DNA of 64,000 nt from Candidatus Dormiibacterota bacterium (lineage in GTDB: Bacteria; Chloroflexota; Dormibacteria; Aeolococcales; Aeolococcaceae). The notes under the pieces were generated by a model, which saw nothing but the letters and a program-made list of their open reading frames with translations, had not been told where the DNA came from and did not search any database. The stretch covers positions 76,639 through 140,638 of the forward strand of contig CAVPTG010000011.1 in assembly GCA_963708605.1 (NCBI GenBank), in the 5' to 3' direction. Position 1 is the first letter of the stretch, and each line of letters begins with the position of its first letter. This document shows, in pieces, positions 9,718-19,397 of the stretch. Position numbers and translations under genes: made by a program.

Positions 9718-12341
9718 TCAGTGCCAGTCAATCGCGGACACGAGCACGGGACGGCGAAAACCCTTCAACTCGAGTGATCGGGGCGGGGAAAGAGCGTAGG
9801 ACCCACCGAGCTGCGCTCCGGTGTCGCTGCTGATGAGGACCTCGCCGCCCGACGCCTGTGCTGCGATGCGCGCAGCGAGATGTACGCCTCTTCCTCTGTA
9901 TGCTCCGCCGCTGCGCGTGACGCTCGTCTCGTGGAGCCCGATGCGCACAGCAGGTGAGAACCCATGACTGTGCCGATGTTCAACGAGCATGCGCTGAATA
10001 TCGATCGCGCAATCAGCAGCCGCGCGCGAATTGGGGAAGGCTACGAAGAAGCCATCGCCAGCGTTGTCGATCTCCTCGCCCTGATGTGTGACGAACATCC
10101 GACGAAGCATCCGATTGTGCCACTCGATCAGCTCGTGCCAGGCGTCATCGCCGACGGCACCGATCAGCGCGGTTGAGCCGACGACGTCCGTGAACATCAA
10201 CGTCCTGGTCGCCTGGCCTACCCGTCGGAGTCCCGTGGCAGGCAGCCTCTCAATCCCCACCAGCTCCTGCGCTTCTGCGGTCGCGTCGGCGAGGGTCAGC
10301 ATGAGTCCGCCTGCCCATGCGGCATCTGCTCGAGCCGGATCAAGATCACGCCGGGCCGCCTCGATCCATGTCCGGCGATAGGCGGCCTCCACGGCTGCCT
10401 CTCGATATCGAAGTCGATCAAAGGTCGCTCGGGCGGCGGCCATCAGCCGCAGCCCCTCCAGAGGCTCGCCGCGTTCGACAGCGAGAATACCGACGTATTC
10501 CACCAGGTACGACGTGGTGATCGGTGCGTCGCCAAAGTCGGACGCGTGTTTGAGACTTTCGCTGACGACGTCGAGGGCTTCCGTCCAGTGGCCGCTCGCC
10601 ATCAGTACGTCCGCAAGGCTTGCACGAAACATCCAGGTAGACCACGCGGCGTTGCGCTCCCGCGCGTGCGAGATGGCTTCTCGCCATAACTCGACGGAAT
10701 GCTCATGCTCACCTTCCAGGTGCGCGATGGTCGCTGAGATGAACAACGTCTGCATGATCCGGGTGTCATCACCAAGCTCACCGGCGAGATCAACGGCCTC
10801 CTGACCACGGATGCGCATCGCGTCGATGTCACCCTGGTGATATGCCAGCACGGCTTGGTCAAACATGACCATCGTCAGGTCCGACAGCCATGCGCCGGCG
10901 CTCGCGAGATCGCGGGCCTCCGTCAGATATCGTTCCGCGGCTTTGACATCACCCTTTTGCGCGGAGAGAACGCCGGCCATGTGCGCAGCTCGTGCACGCA
11001 ACCGGCCGGTTGTCCGCATTGAAGCCTTTGCCCATTGAACACCCTCGTCGTAGATGCTCCGAATGTATGCGTACCAGATCAGCGCCACCGCCAAGCGGCA
11101 GCCCTGTTCGTAGGAGTGCTCAAATGCCCACGACAGTGTTGAGCGAATGTTGGCAAGCTCTGCATCGAGCAGCTGAAGCCAAGGCAGATCCGGACCACCG
11201 AGTATCGATTCCTCCGCGGTCTCTGCGATGCCGAGGAGATACTGGAGTTGGCGCTCGAGTGGTTCAGTCGCCCCCTCGCCACGGGCCAGCAGCTTTTCCG
11301 CAGCGAACTGTCGTACCGGCTCGAGCAAGCGATACCGGGCCCTGTCGCCCAAGGTATCGGCGACGATGAGTGAGCGCGCCACCAAGTGACGCGATCATAT
11401 CGAGGGTGGATCCAGCCTCGGCCGAACCATCGGCCAGCACCGCGTCGGCGCTCTCCAACGTGAAGCCGCCGGCGAAAACGGAAAGTCGCTCAAACGCCAC
11501 CTGCGTGGGCGGGCTGAGCAGCTGATAACTCCACTCAACTGCCGCCCGCATGGTTTGGTGCCGCGATGGAGCTCCGTGCTCAGGGCTCCGGAGCAGGGAC
11601 AGTCCTTCGTCCAACCCTGAGACGACTTGTTGGAGCGACAGCACGGGTACCCAGGCCGCGGCAAGTTCCAACGCGAGCGGCAGGCCGTCAAGGCGCCGGC
11701 AGATGGCCGCGACGTGCATGTCCCGCGCAGGTGACGGGTCAGCGTTTTCGGCGACGAGCCGCGCGCGATCCATGAACAGCTCGACGGATTCGCTCTGTCC
11801 ATAGTCACCGGGGTTTGGTAGCGAGAGCGGGCCGAGTCGCCATACATGTTCTCCCTGCACACCCAAGGCCTCTCGACTCGTGGCGAGGATAGCGAGGTCA
11901 GGACACTTGGCGAGCAGCGCCTGCGCCGCGCTTGCTGCAGCGGTGAGCACGTGTTCGCAGTTGTCGAGGATGAGGAGCTGGCGACCTCTGGAAAGTGACT
12001 GCGCAGACGAACTCGAGGCGACTGACTCCGGGATGCTTCAGCGCATGGACAGCATCGGCGATGGTGGCGGCGGCGCGAGCAGGATCATCGATTCTTGCGA
12101 ACTCCGCAAGCCAGATCCCGTCGGGGAACGCGCTCGTCAGCGCGCGGGCCAGCTCGACGGCAAGCCGTGTTTTGCCGGAACCACCTGCGCCAACGATACT
12201 GACGAGGTGGTTTGCGCCCACGAGGCCTCGCAGCTGATCGAACTCTTGACGACGTCCCACGAACCTCGAGAGGGGCGCACGAATGCCCGGAGGCGTGACA
12301 AGCGTTACCCCCATGTCGGTCGCACCATGATACGGGATCAT
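9718..12341 (-). pseudogene. STAND (NB-ARC-like) ATPase - TPR - C-terminal class III adenylate/guanylate cyclase, two frameshifts
   Basis: Three ORFs in three frames. (a) Walker A VSIVGAGGSGKTRLA. (b) LLILDNCEHVL and DGLPLALELAA (NB-ARC-type). (c) TPR-like repeats followed by cyclase LMFTDVVGSTAL, GDGFFVAFP and GVHLAARIAA. Junctions lie at about 11378-11386 (MIASL|VARSLIV) and between about 11985 and 12040. The span is 3n+2. Confidence 0.75.
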
Positions 12342-12414
12342 CGCCGCATTGTCCGGCGGCATTCCGCCTCGAGGTTGACAACACCAACCGATCTGCCATG
12401 TCAGGATCGGTGCA

Positions 12415-13164
12415 CTAGCCGAGAGCCGACAGCGCCTCGTCGACATCCATGGCGATGCAGGTGAAGGACGGCACGTCGCGCACCGTATGCGTGGACGCCT
12501 CGCTGGCACGCATCTCGTGCACGAGGTCGAGAAAGTCCGCCACCGAGTCGCTCTCGAACGCCACCACGAAGTCCTGGTCGTCGAGACCGAACGAGTAGGT
12601 GGTGTTGATCTTCACGCCCGGGTACTCGTGGCCCATGGCGATGTGCTCGCTCATCTGCCGCTGCCGTTCCTCGGCACTGAGCCGGTACCACGCGCGCGTC
12701 TTGACGAAGGGATACACGAACAGGTAGCGACGGCCGGTGGGAGCGATGACCAGCCGGTTGCTCCTCCCCTCCTGGTTCTCGTGGCGATGCTTCTCGACGT
12801 ACATGCTCTGCTTGGTCATCGAGAAATAGCTGTAGGGCTGCTCGAGGTACGCGGCCAGGCGGGTGCGGTTGAGGCGGGCTGAGAACTCGTGGAGGTCGTC
12901 GACGTGCTCGCTCACCAGCCAGAGCATGAAGTCGGCATCGCCACGAGTCCCGACCGTGCTGTACGAGCGGATGAGCACGCCATCGCGATCACCGATCTCG
13001 CGTACCAGCGCGGCAACCTCCTCGCGATCGGCGGCGCGCTCGGTCGCGGGACGCAGGCGCCACTCGGGCTTGACGCGGTAGAAGGCGAACCGGATGTGCT
13101 GGCGCGCGGTGGGGACCGGTGCCGTGGCGTCTCGGACGGTCAGCGGCGCGGTCACCTCAGACAT
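12415..13164 (-). CDS. hemQ: chlorite dismutase family protein / coproheme decarboxylase
   Basis: 249 aa. FAFYRVKPEWR, DADFMLWL, YLFVYPFVKTRAWY and GVKINTTYSFGLDDQDFVVAFE. Confidence 0.8.
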   Translation of the reverse strand: MSEVTAPLTVRDATAPVPTARQHIRFAFYRVKPEWRLRPATERAADREEVAALVREIGDRDGVLIRSYSTVGTRGDADFMLWLVSEHVDDLHEFSARLNRTRLAAYLEQPYSYFSMTKQSMYVEKHRHENQEGRSNRLVIAPTGRRYLFVYPFVKTRAWYRLSAEERQRQMSEHIAMGHEYPGVKINTTYSFGLDDQDFVVAFESDSVADFLDLVHEMRASEASTHTVRDVPSFTCIAMDVDEALSALG

Positions 13165-13191
13165 GGCCTGGCCATCGTACCTGAGGCCCCA

Positions 13192-13740
13192 TCACGTCCC
13201 GCCGTGCAGCGCCTCGGCAAGAGCGCGCTTGCGCAGCAGCCGCTGCTCGCGGCGGACGCGAGCCTCGGCCTGGCGCCGGCGCTCCTCCTCGGTGACCGCG
13301 ATGACCTTGGCGACCTCGGCCGGCCTGCCCTCGCGGTCGAGGCCGACGTACACGAGGTGCGCGCTGGCCACATGGAGCCTGTCGCCCGACGGGATTCGCT
13401 CGACGTCGACCCGAACGCTGATCTCCATCGAGGTGTGATGCGCGTCATTGACCCGCGCATGAACGGTGAGCAGGTCACCGATGTAGACGGGTGCGAGAAA
13501 GCTCATCTCGTCCATGGTCGCGGTCACCACGCGTCGCCGCGCGTGCTTGACGGCGGCAATCCCCGCCGCGGTGTCGACCAGCCGCATGATCGTGCCGCCG
13601 TGCACGTATCCCGAGTTGTTGGCGTGCTCAATCTCCATCGACACCGACAGCAGCGTCTCCGAATCGGAGGTCGGACGCGGAGTGAGATCCACGTTGCTGT
13701 ACAGGTCGTTGCGATCCTCGCGCGAGCGGATGAAGTCCAT
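13192..13740 (-). CDS. acyl-CoA thioesterase (hotdog fold)
   Basis: ATG 13740 (MDFIRSRED). Core motifs NNSGYVHGGTIMRLVDTAAGIAA and MDEMSFLAPVYIGDLL. The start overlaps the upstream stop by 1 nt (TGATG). Confidence 0.75.
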   Translation of the reverse strand: MDFIRSREDRNDLYSNVDLTPRPTSDSETLLSVSMEIEHANNSGYVHGGTIMRLVDTAAGIAAVKHARRRVVTATMDEMSFLAPVYIGDLLTVHARVNDAHHTSMEISVRVDVERIPSGDRLHVASAHLVYVGLDREGRPAEVAKVIAVTEEERRRQAEARVRREQRLLRKRALAEALHGGT

Positions 13741-14933
13741 CAGCCGAGGACGTCCAGGCTTGCGCGCACCAGCGTCTCGACTCCGACCGGCAGGGCCGCC
13801 TCGTCGATATCGAAATAGGCGCTGTGGTGTGGGGGCACCGGGCCCCGCTCCGGATGACCGGCGCCGACCAGGAAATAGCATCCCGGCGCGCGCTCCAGGA
13901 AGCAGGCGATGTCGTCGCCGACGGTGATCGGCACCGCGATGTCCACGTGGTCCTCACCGACGGTGGCTGCGGCTGCACGATGCACCAGGTCAGCGGTCGC
14001 GGCGTCGGACACGACCGGTGGGCAGCCGCTGCCCCGCGAGAAATGCGCCTGGGCACCATACCCACTTGCCACCGCGGTCGCGATCTCCGCGATGCGGCGC
14101 AGCAGACGGTCGCGCTCGCTCGGATCGATCGCGCGCGTGGTGCCGAGCAACGCTGCGGAATCGGCGATGACGTTGAAAGCGGTCCCCGCGGTCACGCGGC
14201 CGATCGTGATCACGGCCGGTGAGAACGGCGACGTCTCCCGGCTGATGATCGACTGGATGGCCAGGATCACCTGCGCGGTGACCACCACGGGGTCGATCGC
14301 GGTGTGCGGCATGCCGCCGTGCCCGCCCCGGCCCTGGATCGTGACCGAGAAGCTGTCGGCGCTCCCGAAGATGACGCCAGACTTGACAGCAACTCGCCCG
14401 GTCTCGAGTGGTGCCCAGAGGTGAATGCCGAGGACACGATCGACGCCCTCGGCCGCGCCGTCGGCGATCATCGGCATCGCGCCCGAGGCGGTTTCCTCGG
14501 CGGGCTGGAAGCAGAGGCGCACGCGGCCCGACCAGCTGTCGCGCAGGGCAACCAGCGCGGTCGCCGCCCCGAGGGTCATGGCAACGTGACCGTCGTGTCC
14601 GCAGGCGTGCATCACGCCATCGACGCCGGACGTGACCACGCGGTCCTCGCCACGCTCGGTGATGGGCAGCGCATCCATGTCGGCGCGCAGCATCAGCGTC
14701 GGTCCGGGTTTGCCGCTGTCGAGGTCGGCGATCACCCCGGTCCCGCCCACCGCGGTGCGAACCGTGAAGCCGAGGTCGGCGCTGCGCTGCGCGACCATGA
14801 CGGCGGTATCACGTTCCTCGAGTGACAGCTCCGGGTGCCGGTGCAGCGCCCGCCTGGTCTCGGTGACCTCCTCACGGGTCCTGTCGACCTCGGCTCGAAT
14901 GCGGGCGTCGCCGTCGGCCGCGACGCCGCTCAC
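13740..14933 (-). CDS. M20 family amidohydrolase (M20D, N-acyl-amino-acid amidohydrolase type)
   Basis: 397 aa. HRHPELS, MHACGHDGH, QPAEE and GGHGGMPH. GTG start in a GTGA overlap. Confidence 0.85.
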   Translation of the reverse strand: MSGVAADGDARIRAEVDRTREEVTETRRALHRHPELSLEERDTAVMVAQRSADLGFTVRTAVGGTGVIADLDSGKPGPTLMLRADMDALPITERGEDRVVTSGVDGVMHACGHDGHVAMTLGAATALVALRDSWSGRVRLCFQPAEETASGAMPMIADGAAEGVDRVLGIHLWAPLETGRVAVKSGVIFGSADSFSVTIQGRGGHGGMPHTAIDPVVVTAQVILAIQSIISRETSPFSPAVITIGRVTAGTAFNVIADSAALLGTTRAIDPSERDRLLRRIAEIATAVASGYGAQAHFSRGSGCPPVVSDAATADLVHRAAAATVGEDHVDIAVPITVGDDIACFLERAPGCYFLVGAGHPERGPVPPHHSAYFDIDEAALPVGVETLVRASLDVLG

Positions 14934-15340
14934 GACGAGCCGGTGGCGCCGGCACCACTGCGCCGCAGCGCGACCGCCTGGATGGAGCCGTTGTTGACCA
15001 CCCGTGTCGCGCCCGAAGCGCGTGCCCGCCGGCGGAGGTCCAGGTCACCATGGTGCGAGAACCCAACGATCTCGAGGCCCGGGCGCTCCGCGCGAAGGTG
15101 CTCGATCAGCGCGAGGCGAGGCTCGATCGCGGTGTTGAGGTCGACGAACACCAGGTCGACGTCGGGAACCGCGTCCCCGGCAACCTGAACGGAGCTGCCC
15201 CCGGCTCGGCGCATCGTGGTGCTCAGCTGGCTCGCGAACATGAGGTCGTCACTGACCAGCGCGACCGTGACCGTACCCGGTGAGCCCATGCCGCCCATCA
15301 TAGGTGCGGGGGCAGTGCGCCCTCGGGCAGACTGCGCCAC
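14930..15340 (-). CDS. CheY-receiver-like single-domain protein (start uncertain)
   Basis: Beta-alpha pattern VALVSDD ... DLVFVDLN ... EIVGFSHH ... ASGATRVV resembles a receiver domain. There is no Lys anywhere in the ORF. Possible later starts in MMGGMGS. Confidence 0.4.
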   Translation of the reverse strand: MAQSARGRTAPAPMMGGMGSPGTVTVALVSDDLMFASQLSTTMRRAGGSSVQVAGDAVPDVDLVFVDLNTAIEPRLALIEHLRAERPGLEIVGFSHHGDLDLRRRARASGATRVVNNGSIQAVALRRSGAGATGSS

Positions 15341-15391
15341 GCGGCCGGACGCCGCGACGCCAGACCAAACGCCGCCGCAGAGGAGTGCCGC

Positions 15392-16240
15392 ATGGAGATC
15401 GGGAGCGTGGGAATCGTCGGTGCCGGGCTCATGGGCTCAGGGATCGCCGAGGTGTGCGCCCGCAATGGGATCCGGACCCTGGTCACCGAGGCCGGACCCG
15501 AGCAGCTGGCCGCCGGTCAGCGCCGGGTGAGCGCGTCGCTCGAGCGCGGACGCATGACCGGGAAGCTGAGCGACGACGACGTCGAGCGCATCAACGGGCT
15601 CCTCACCTTCACACCGCGACTCGAGGACTTCGAGGAGTGCGACTTCTGCGTCGAGGCGATCGTCGAGCAGCTGCCCGCCAAGGTCTCGCTGTTCGGGCGG
15701 CTCGACCACATCGTCGCCGAGGATGCGATCCTCGCGACCAACACCTCGGCGCTGCCGATCATCGAGATCGCGCGCGCAACCCGGCGGCCCGATCGCGTCA
15801 TCGGCACGCACTTCTTCAACCCGGCGCCGGTCATGAAGTTGATCGAGGTGGTCCGGAGCATCGCCACCAGCGACGAGACCCTGGAGGACACGCGCGCGCT
15901 GGGCGAGCGGCTCGGCAAGCGAATCATCGTTGCGCAGGATCGCGGCGGCTTCATCGTCAACCTGCTGCTGATTCCATTCCTCACCCACGCCATCCGGCTC
16001 TATGAATCGGGGTTCGCAACCCGCGATGACATCGATGAAGGGATGCGCCTCGGCTGCGGCCATCCCATGGGGCCGCTGCAGCTGCTCGACTACATCGGCC
16101 TCGACACCGCGATGTTCGTGTGCGAGTTGCTCTACGAGGAGTATGCGAACAGCGACTTCGCGCCTCCCCCACTGCTCCGCCGCATGGTCTCCGCCGGGTA
16201 CCTCGGGAAGAAGAGCGGGCGCGGGTTCTACGAGTACTGA
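15392..16240 (+). CDS. 3-hydroxybutyryl-CoA / 3-hydroxyacyl-CoA dehydrogenase
   Basis: 282 aa. VGIVGAGLMGSGIAEV, ATNTSALPI, HFFNPAPVMKLIEV and GHPMGPLQLLDYIGLD. SD-like AGAGGAG at 15379-15385. Confidence 0.9.
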   Translation: MEIGSVGIVGAGLMGSGIAEVCARNGIRTLVTEAGPEQLAAGQRRVSASLERGRMTGKLSDDDVERINGLLTFTPRLEDFEECDFCVEAIVEQLPAKVSLFGRLDHIVAEDAILATNTSALPIIEIARATRRPDRVIGTHFFNPAPVMKLIEVVRSIATSDETLEDTRALGERLGKRIIVAQDRGGFIVNLLLIPFLTHAIRLYESGFATRDDIDEGMRLGCGHPMGPLQLLDYIGLDTAMFVCELLYEEYANSDFAPPPLLRRMVSAGYLGKKSGRGFYEY

Positions 16241-16267
16241 GCGCAGGATTGCCTCGGGCCGGCGCGG

Positions 16268-16702
16268 TCAGTTGGGCCGGTCGGCCGGCACCGGCGCGGG
16301 GGTCTGACGCTCCTCGACGTTGAGGTTGACCACGCCGATACGGTTGCCGCCGGTCCAGAACTCGGTGGTGTACACACCGGGCTCGCCGAACATCGGCTGC
16401 AGGATGGTGACGGTCGAGATGCTGATCTCCTGCCCCGGCACGAGCCTCGCGCCCGCGGCCTGGAACTGCAGCGTCACCGGCGGGAGAACCAGCTTGCCCT
16501 GCGAGTCGGTCAGGCGAAGCTCGACCTGGTGTGCCTGCCCGACGTCGGCGGCGCTGAACCGGAACCCGGCGACCACCGCGAAGGCCGCCCGGCCGGGAAG
16601 CGATGCCATCGAGAGCGCGCTGAACCCCCCGCCGAGCACGTACAGCTTCCCGTCCGGCGGGACCACCGCGCTGTCGGCGAAGAAGGCGAAGCTCAAATCC
16701 AT
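16268..16702 (-). CDS. hypothetical protein (about 144 aa, beta-rich)
   Basis: ATG 16702 (MDLSFAFFADSAVVPPDGKLYVLGGG). Protein-like composition, whereas the upstream part of ORF 16268-17134 is Arg/Gly-rich. No family recognised with confidence. Confidence 0.55.
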   Translation of the reverse strand: MDLSFAFFADSAVVPPDGKLYVLGGGFSALSMASLPGRAAFAVVAGFRFSAADVGQAHQVELRLTDSQGKLVLPPVTLQFQAAGARLVPGQEISISTVTILQPMFGEPGVYTTEFWTGGNRIGVVNLNVEERQTPAPVPADRPN

Positions 16703-16765
16703 CGGGTAACTTTCGCACGCAGGCCCTGGGCGGAGCCGAGCCCGGGTGGGCGACCATTGAACGTG

Positions 16766-17101
16766 ATGAGCGACCCGGCCCCGCGCAACCTGCACGTGTT
16801 CGTATGCACGACGGTCGGACGTCATCACTGCGGCGGCCAGGGATCCGAGCACGTCCTCCAGCGGTTGCGCGACGAGGTCGAGCGCCTCGAGCTCACCTGG
16901 GTGCGCACCACGAGGATGGGCTGCAATCAGCAGCACCACCAGGGGCCGATCCTCATCGTGTATCCCGACGGGGTCTGGTATGGCCACCTGCAGGTCGCCG
17001 ACGTCGACGAGATCATCGCCGAGCATCTCATCGGCGGCCGTCCGGTCGAGCGCCTGCGCATCGTTCCCGACGGTCCGTGGTCCGCGACCTCGCTGACCTG
17101 A
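16766..17101 (+). CDS. thioredoxin-like [2Fe-2S] ferredoxin domain protein
   Basis: ATG 16766, 111 aa. HVFVCTTVGRHHCGGQG ... MGCNQQHHQGPILIVYPDGVWYG ... VDEIIAEHL matches the TRX-like ferredoxin layout. Confidence 0.6.
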   Translation: MSDPAPRNLHVFVCTTVGRHHCGGQGSEHVLQRLRDEVERLELTWVRTTRMGCNQQHHQGPILIVYPDGVWYGHLQVADVDEIIAEHLIGGRPVERLRIVPDGPWSATSLT

Positions 17102-17160
17102 GACGGTGCGGGAGTGTAGGGTGAATGCCAGCAATTCACTGACACTGGAGGCGAATCGGC

Positions 17161-17421
17161 ATGGGCTATCTCCGAGGATTCATGCACGGGGCTGCGGTGG
17201 GAACGGTCGTCGGCCTCTGCGTCGCGCCGCAGACCGGCGACAAGACGCGTGCGCAACTTCGCGTGCTGACCGCGGCTGCGCGCGAGGGCGCGATGACCAC
17301 CGGGCGGGCGCTCAGCAGGGCAAAGCCGATGGCCAGCGGAGCCGCGCACCTGGTGGCCACGGCGCGCCATCGCGGCGAGCACGCCACCAACGGCACCGCC
17401 GCGAAAGGCGCGGCAGTCTAG
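17161..17421 (+). CDS. YtxH domain-containing protein
   Basis: 86 aa. N-terminal GFMHGAAVGTVVGLCVAPQTGDKTRAQL is YtxH-like. Confidence 0.6.
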   Translation: MGYLRGFMHGAAVGTVVGLCVAPQTGDKTRAQLRVLTAAAREGAMTTGRALSRAKPMASGAAHLVATARHRGEHATNGTAAKGAAV

Positions 17422-17434
17422 GGACGCTCTCGGT

Positions 17435-17857
17435 TCAGCCGCCGGTGGCGGCCGGCTCGGGCACCGGGCCGCCGAGCCCGCAGAGCACCCCGAGGGCGCC
17501 GGTGATGAGGTCGAAGATGTTCATCACCTGCGTGAAATGGATGCCCGCGACGCTTCGGGTCGCCGCCGCATTGTCCGGGTTGACGAACCCGATCAGCGCG
17601 AGGAGCAGGAGCACGACACCGACGGTCAGAACGATCTCCTCGCCGATCCGCCCCGGCGCTCTGAAGCCCGCATAGGCGAGGACGACGCCGATCACCACGT
17701 CGAGGAGGTCGCGGACGTAGGTCAGATGGAGCATCATCGGCCCGACATTGCCCTGGGGCTGATGGTGGACCAGGGTTCCCGCGTCCCCGGTGAGCAGGCC
17801 GCCGATACCGACGGCGAGGAAGACGACCGCCCCGAATTGCGCGTACAGACGTGCCAT
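17435..17857 (-). CDS. small integral membrane protein (4 predicted TM)
   Basis: ATG 17857 (MARLYAQFGAVVFLAVGIGG), 140 aa, four hydrophobic segments. Family uncertain. Confidence 0.55.
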   Translation of the reverse strand: MARLYAQFGAVVFLAVGIGGLLTGDAGTLVHHQPQGNVGPMMLHLTYVRDLLDVVIGVVLAYAGFRAPGRIGEEIVLTVGVVLLLLALIGFVNPDNAAATRSVAGIHFTQVMNIFDLITGALGVLCGLGGPVPEPAATGG

Positions 17858-17862
17858 CGAGG

Positions 17863-18648
17863 TCAGACGGTAGCGGATCCGGCGGGCAGCCAGCGAGCGG
17901 CGACCATGGTCACATTGTCGGTGCCTCCGGCGGCGATTGCCGCATCGCAGGCGCGCGTGAGGGCCATGCCGAGCGGATCCGGTGCGGCCACGATCGCACC
18001 CAGCGTCGGGTCTGACAGCGGCTCCCAGAGTTCGTCGGAGCAGAGGAGCAGGATCGCGCCCGGGTTGGCCTCGACCTCGAACACGTCCGCTTCGACCGGG
18101 TCGCCCATCACCGCGCGTTCGATGAGGTTGCGCTTCTGGTGGTGGCGGGCCTCCTCGGCGCCGAGGATCCCGAGCCGCACCTGACCCGCTGCCCAGGAAT
18201 GATCGTCGGTGATCTGGGTCACCTGCGACCCTTTGATCAGGTAGGCGCGGCTGTCGCCCACATTGGCCACAGTGGCGTGGGTGCCCTGGACGATCGCCAG
18301 GACAAGGGTCGTCCCCGGGTTGCCGCCGATCGACCGGCGGGCGACGGCGACCGCATCGTTGGCCGCCGCCACCGCCCGGCGCAGCGTCGATGCCGCGTCG
18401 GCGGACGGCTCGGCGGCCGAGAGGACCGCCATCGCACCCGTCACCGCGGCTTCGGCGGACTCGAGGCCGCCCCGGTGGCCCCCCATGCCGTCGGCGAGGG
18501 CGAGGACCGCGGTCCTGCCGCCCGGTCCGATCAGCGCATCCCACACGTCCTGGTTCTGGGTGCGCACCGGCCCGCGATCGGTGATGCCGGCGATCTCCAG
18601 CGCCTCACCCTCGCGGGCGATCGACCGCGTGGTGCGGTCGTCGCTCAC
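17863..18648 (-). CDS. PP2C-family Ser/Thr protein phosphatase
   Basis: 261 aa. RTQNQD, LADGMGGHRGG, VANVGDSRAYL and GGTDNVTMV. Confidence 0.85.
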   Translation of the reverse strand: MSDDRTTRSIAREGEALEIAGITDRGPVRTQNQDVWDALIGPGGRTAVLALADGMGGHRGGLESAEAAVTGAMAVLSAAEPSADAASTLRRAVAAANDAVAVARRSIGGNPGTTLVLAIVQGTHATVANVGDSRAYLIKGSQVTQITDDHSWAAGQVRLGILGAEEARHHQKRNLIERAVMGDPVEADVFEVEANPGAILLLCSDELWEPLSDPTLGAIVAAPDPLGMALTRACDAAIAAGGTDNVTMVAARWLPAGSATV

Positions 18649-19359
18649 CCGCCGGCCCCGGCCTCGGCAGCCGCGGGATGGCCGAGCACGCGCTGCACGA
18701 CCTCATCGGCGGCGGCGACAGGGTCCAGGCACTGGATGGTCTGCATGCCGAGGTCAGCCGCCGCCTCGACGTTGCAGAGCAGGTCGTCGATGAAGAGGCA
18801 GCGATCGGGGGCCACGCCCAGGCGGCTGCAGGTCAGCTGGTAGATCGCCGGGTCGGGCTTGCGCATCCCCACCTTCGACGAGTTCGACCACCACGTCGAA
18901 CAGCTCATCGACGGGAAAGAGCTTGGTGAAGATCGCCTCGCCCTCGCTCGAGATGTTGGTGAGCAGGGCGGTCCGGTAGCCGGCATCGCGGACCTGGCGG
19001 ACGGCGTCGATCATGGCGCCGCACGCGACCATGCCCCTGCCAAAGATCACCTGCTGCGCTTCGCGCGGGTCCACGGGATCATTTCCGTCGGCGACGTAGC
19101 GCGCGATCATCCTGTCGAAGAACTCGTCGTCGGAGATCTTGCCCATCTCGAGCAGGTGCAGATCGTGGACGCCGGTGGTGAGGTGGTAGTGGTCGCGGAA
19201 CTCGCCGAGGAAGAACGCGATGACCGAGAACCACTCCGGCGGGACGTCGGTCCGGTGGTGAAAGAGGGGCTCGGTCATGACCCCGCCGAGATCGAAGACC
19301 ACCGCATCGAACTCGCGACTGGTGGGGGCCGTATCGGTGGTCGGCTGCGGTTGCGTCAT
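18645..19359 (-). pseudogene. HAD-superfamily hydrolase, one frameshift
   Basis: N-part has motif I VVFDLGGVM and TALLTNIS. C-part has SSKVGMRKPDPAIY and LFIDDLLCNVEAA. The junction DVVVE|SSKVG lies within 18876-18887. The span is 3n+1. Confidence 0.7.
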
Positions 19360-19397
19360 CGCCTCCATTGTGCCTAACCGTGCCAACATCCCCGGTC

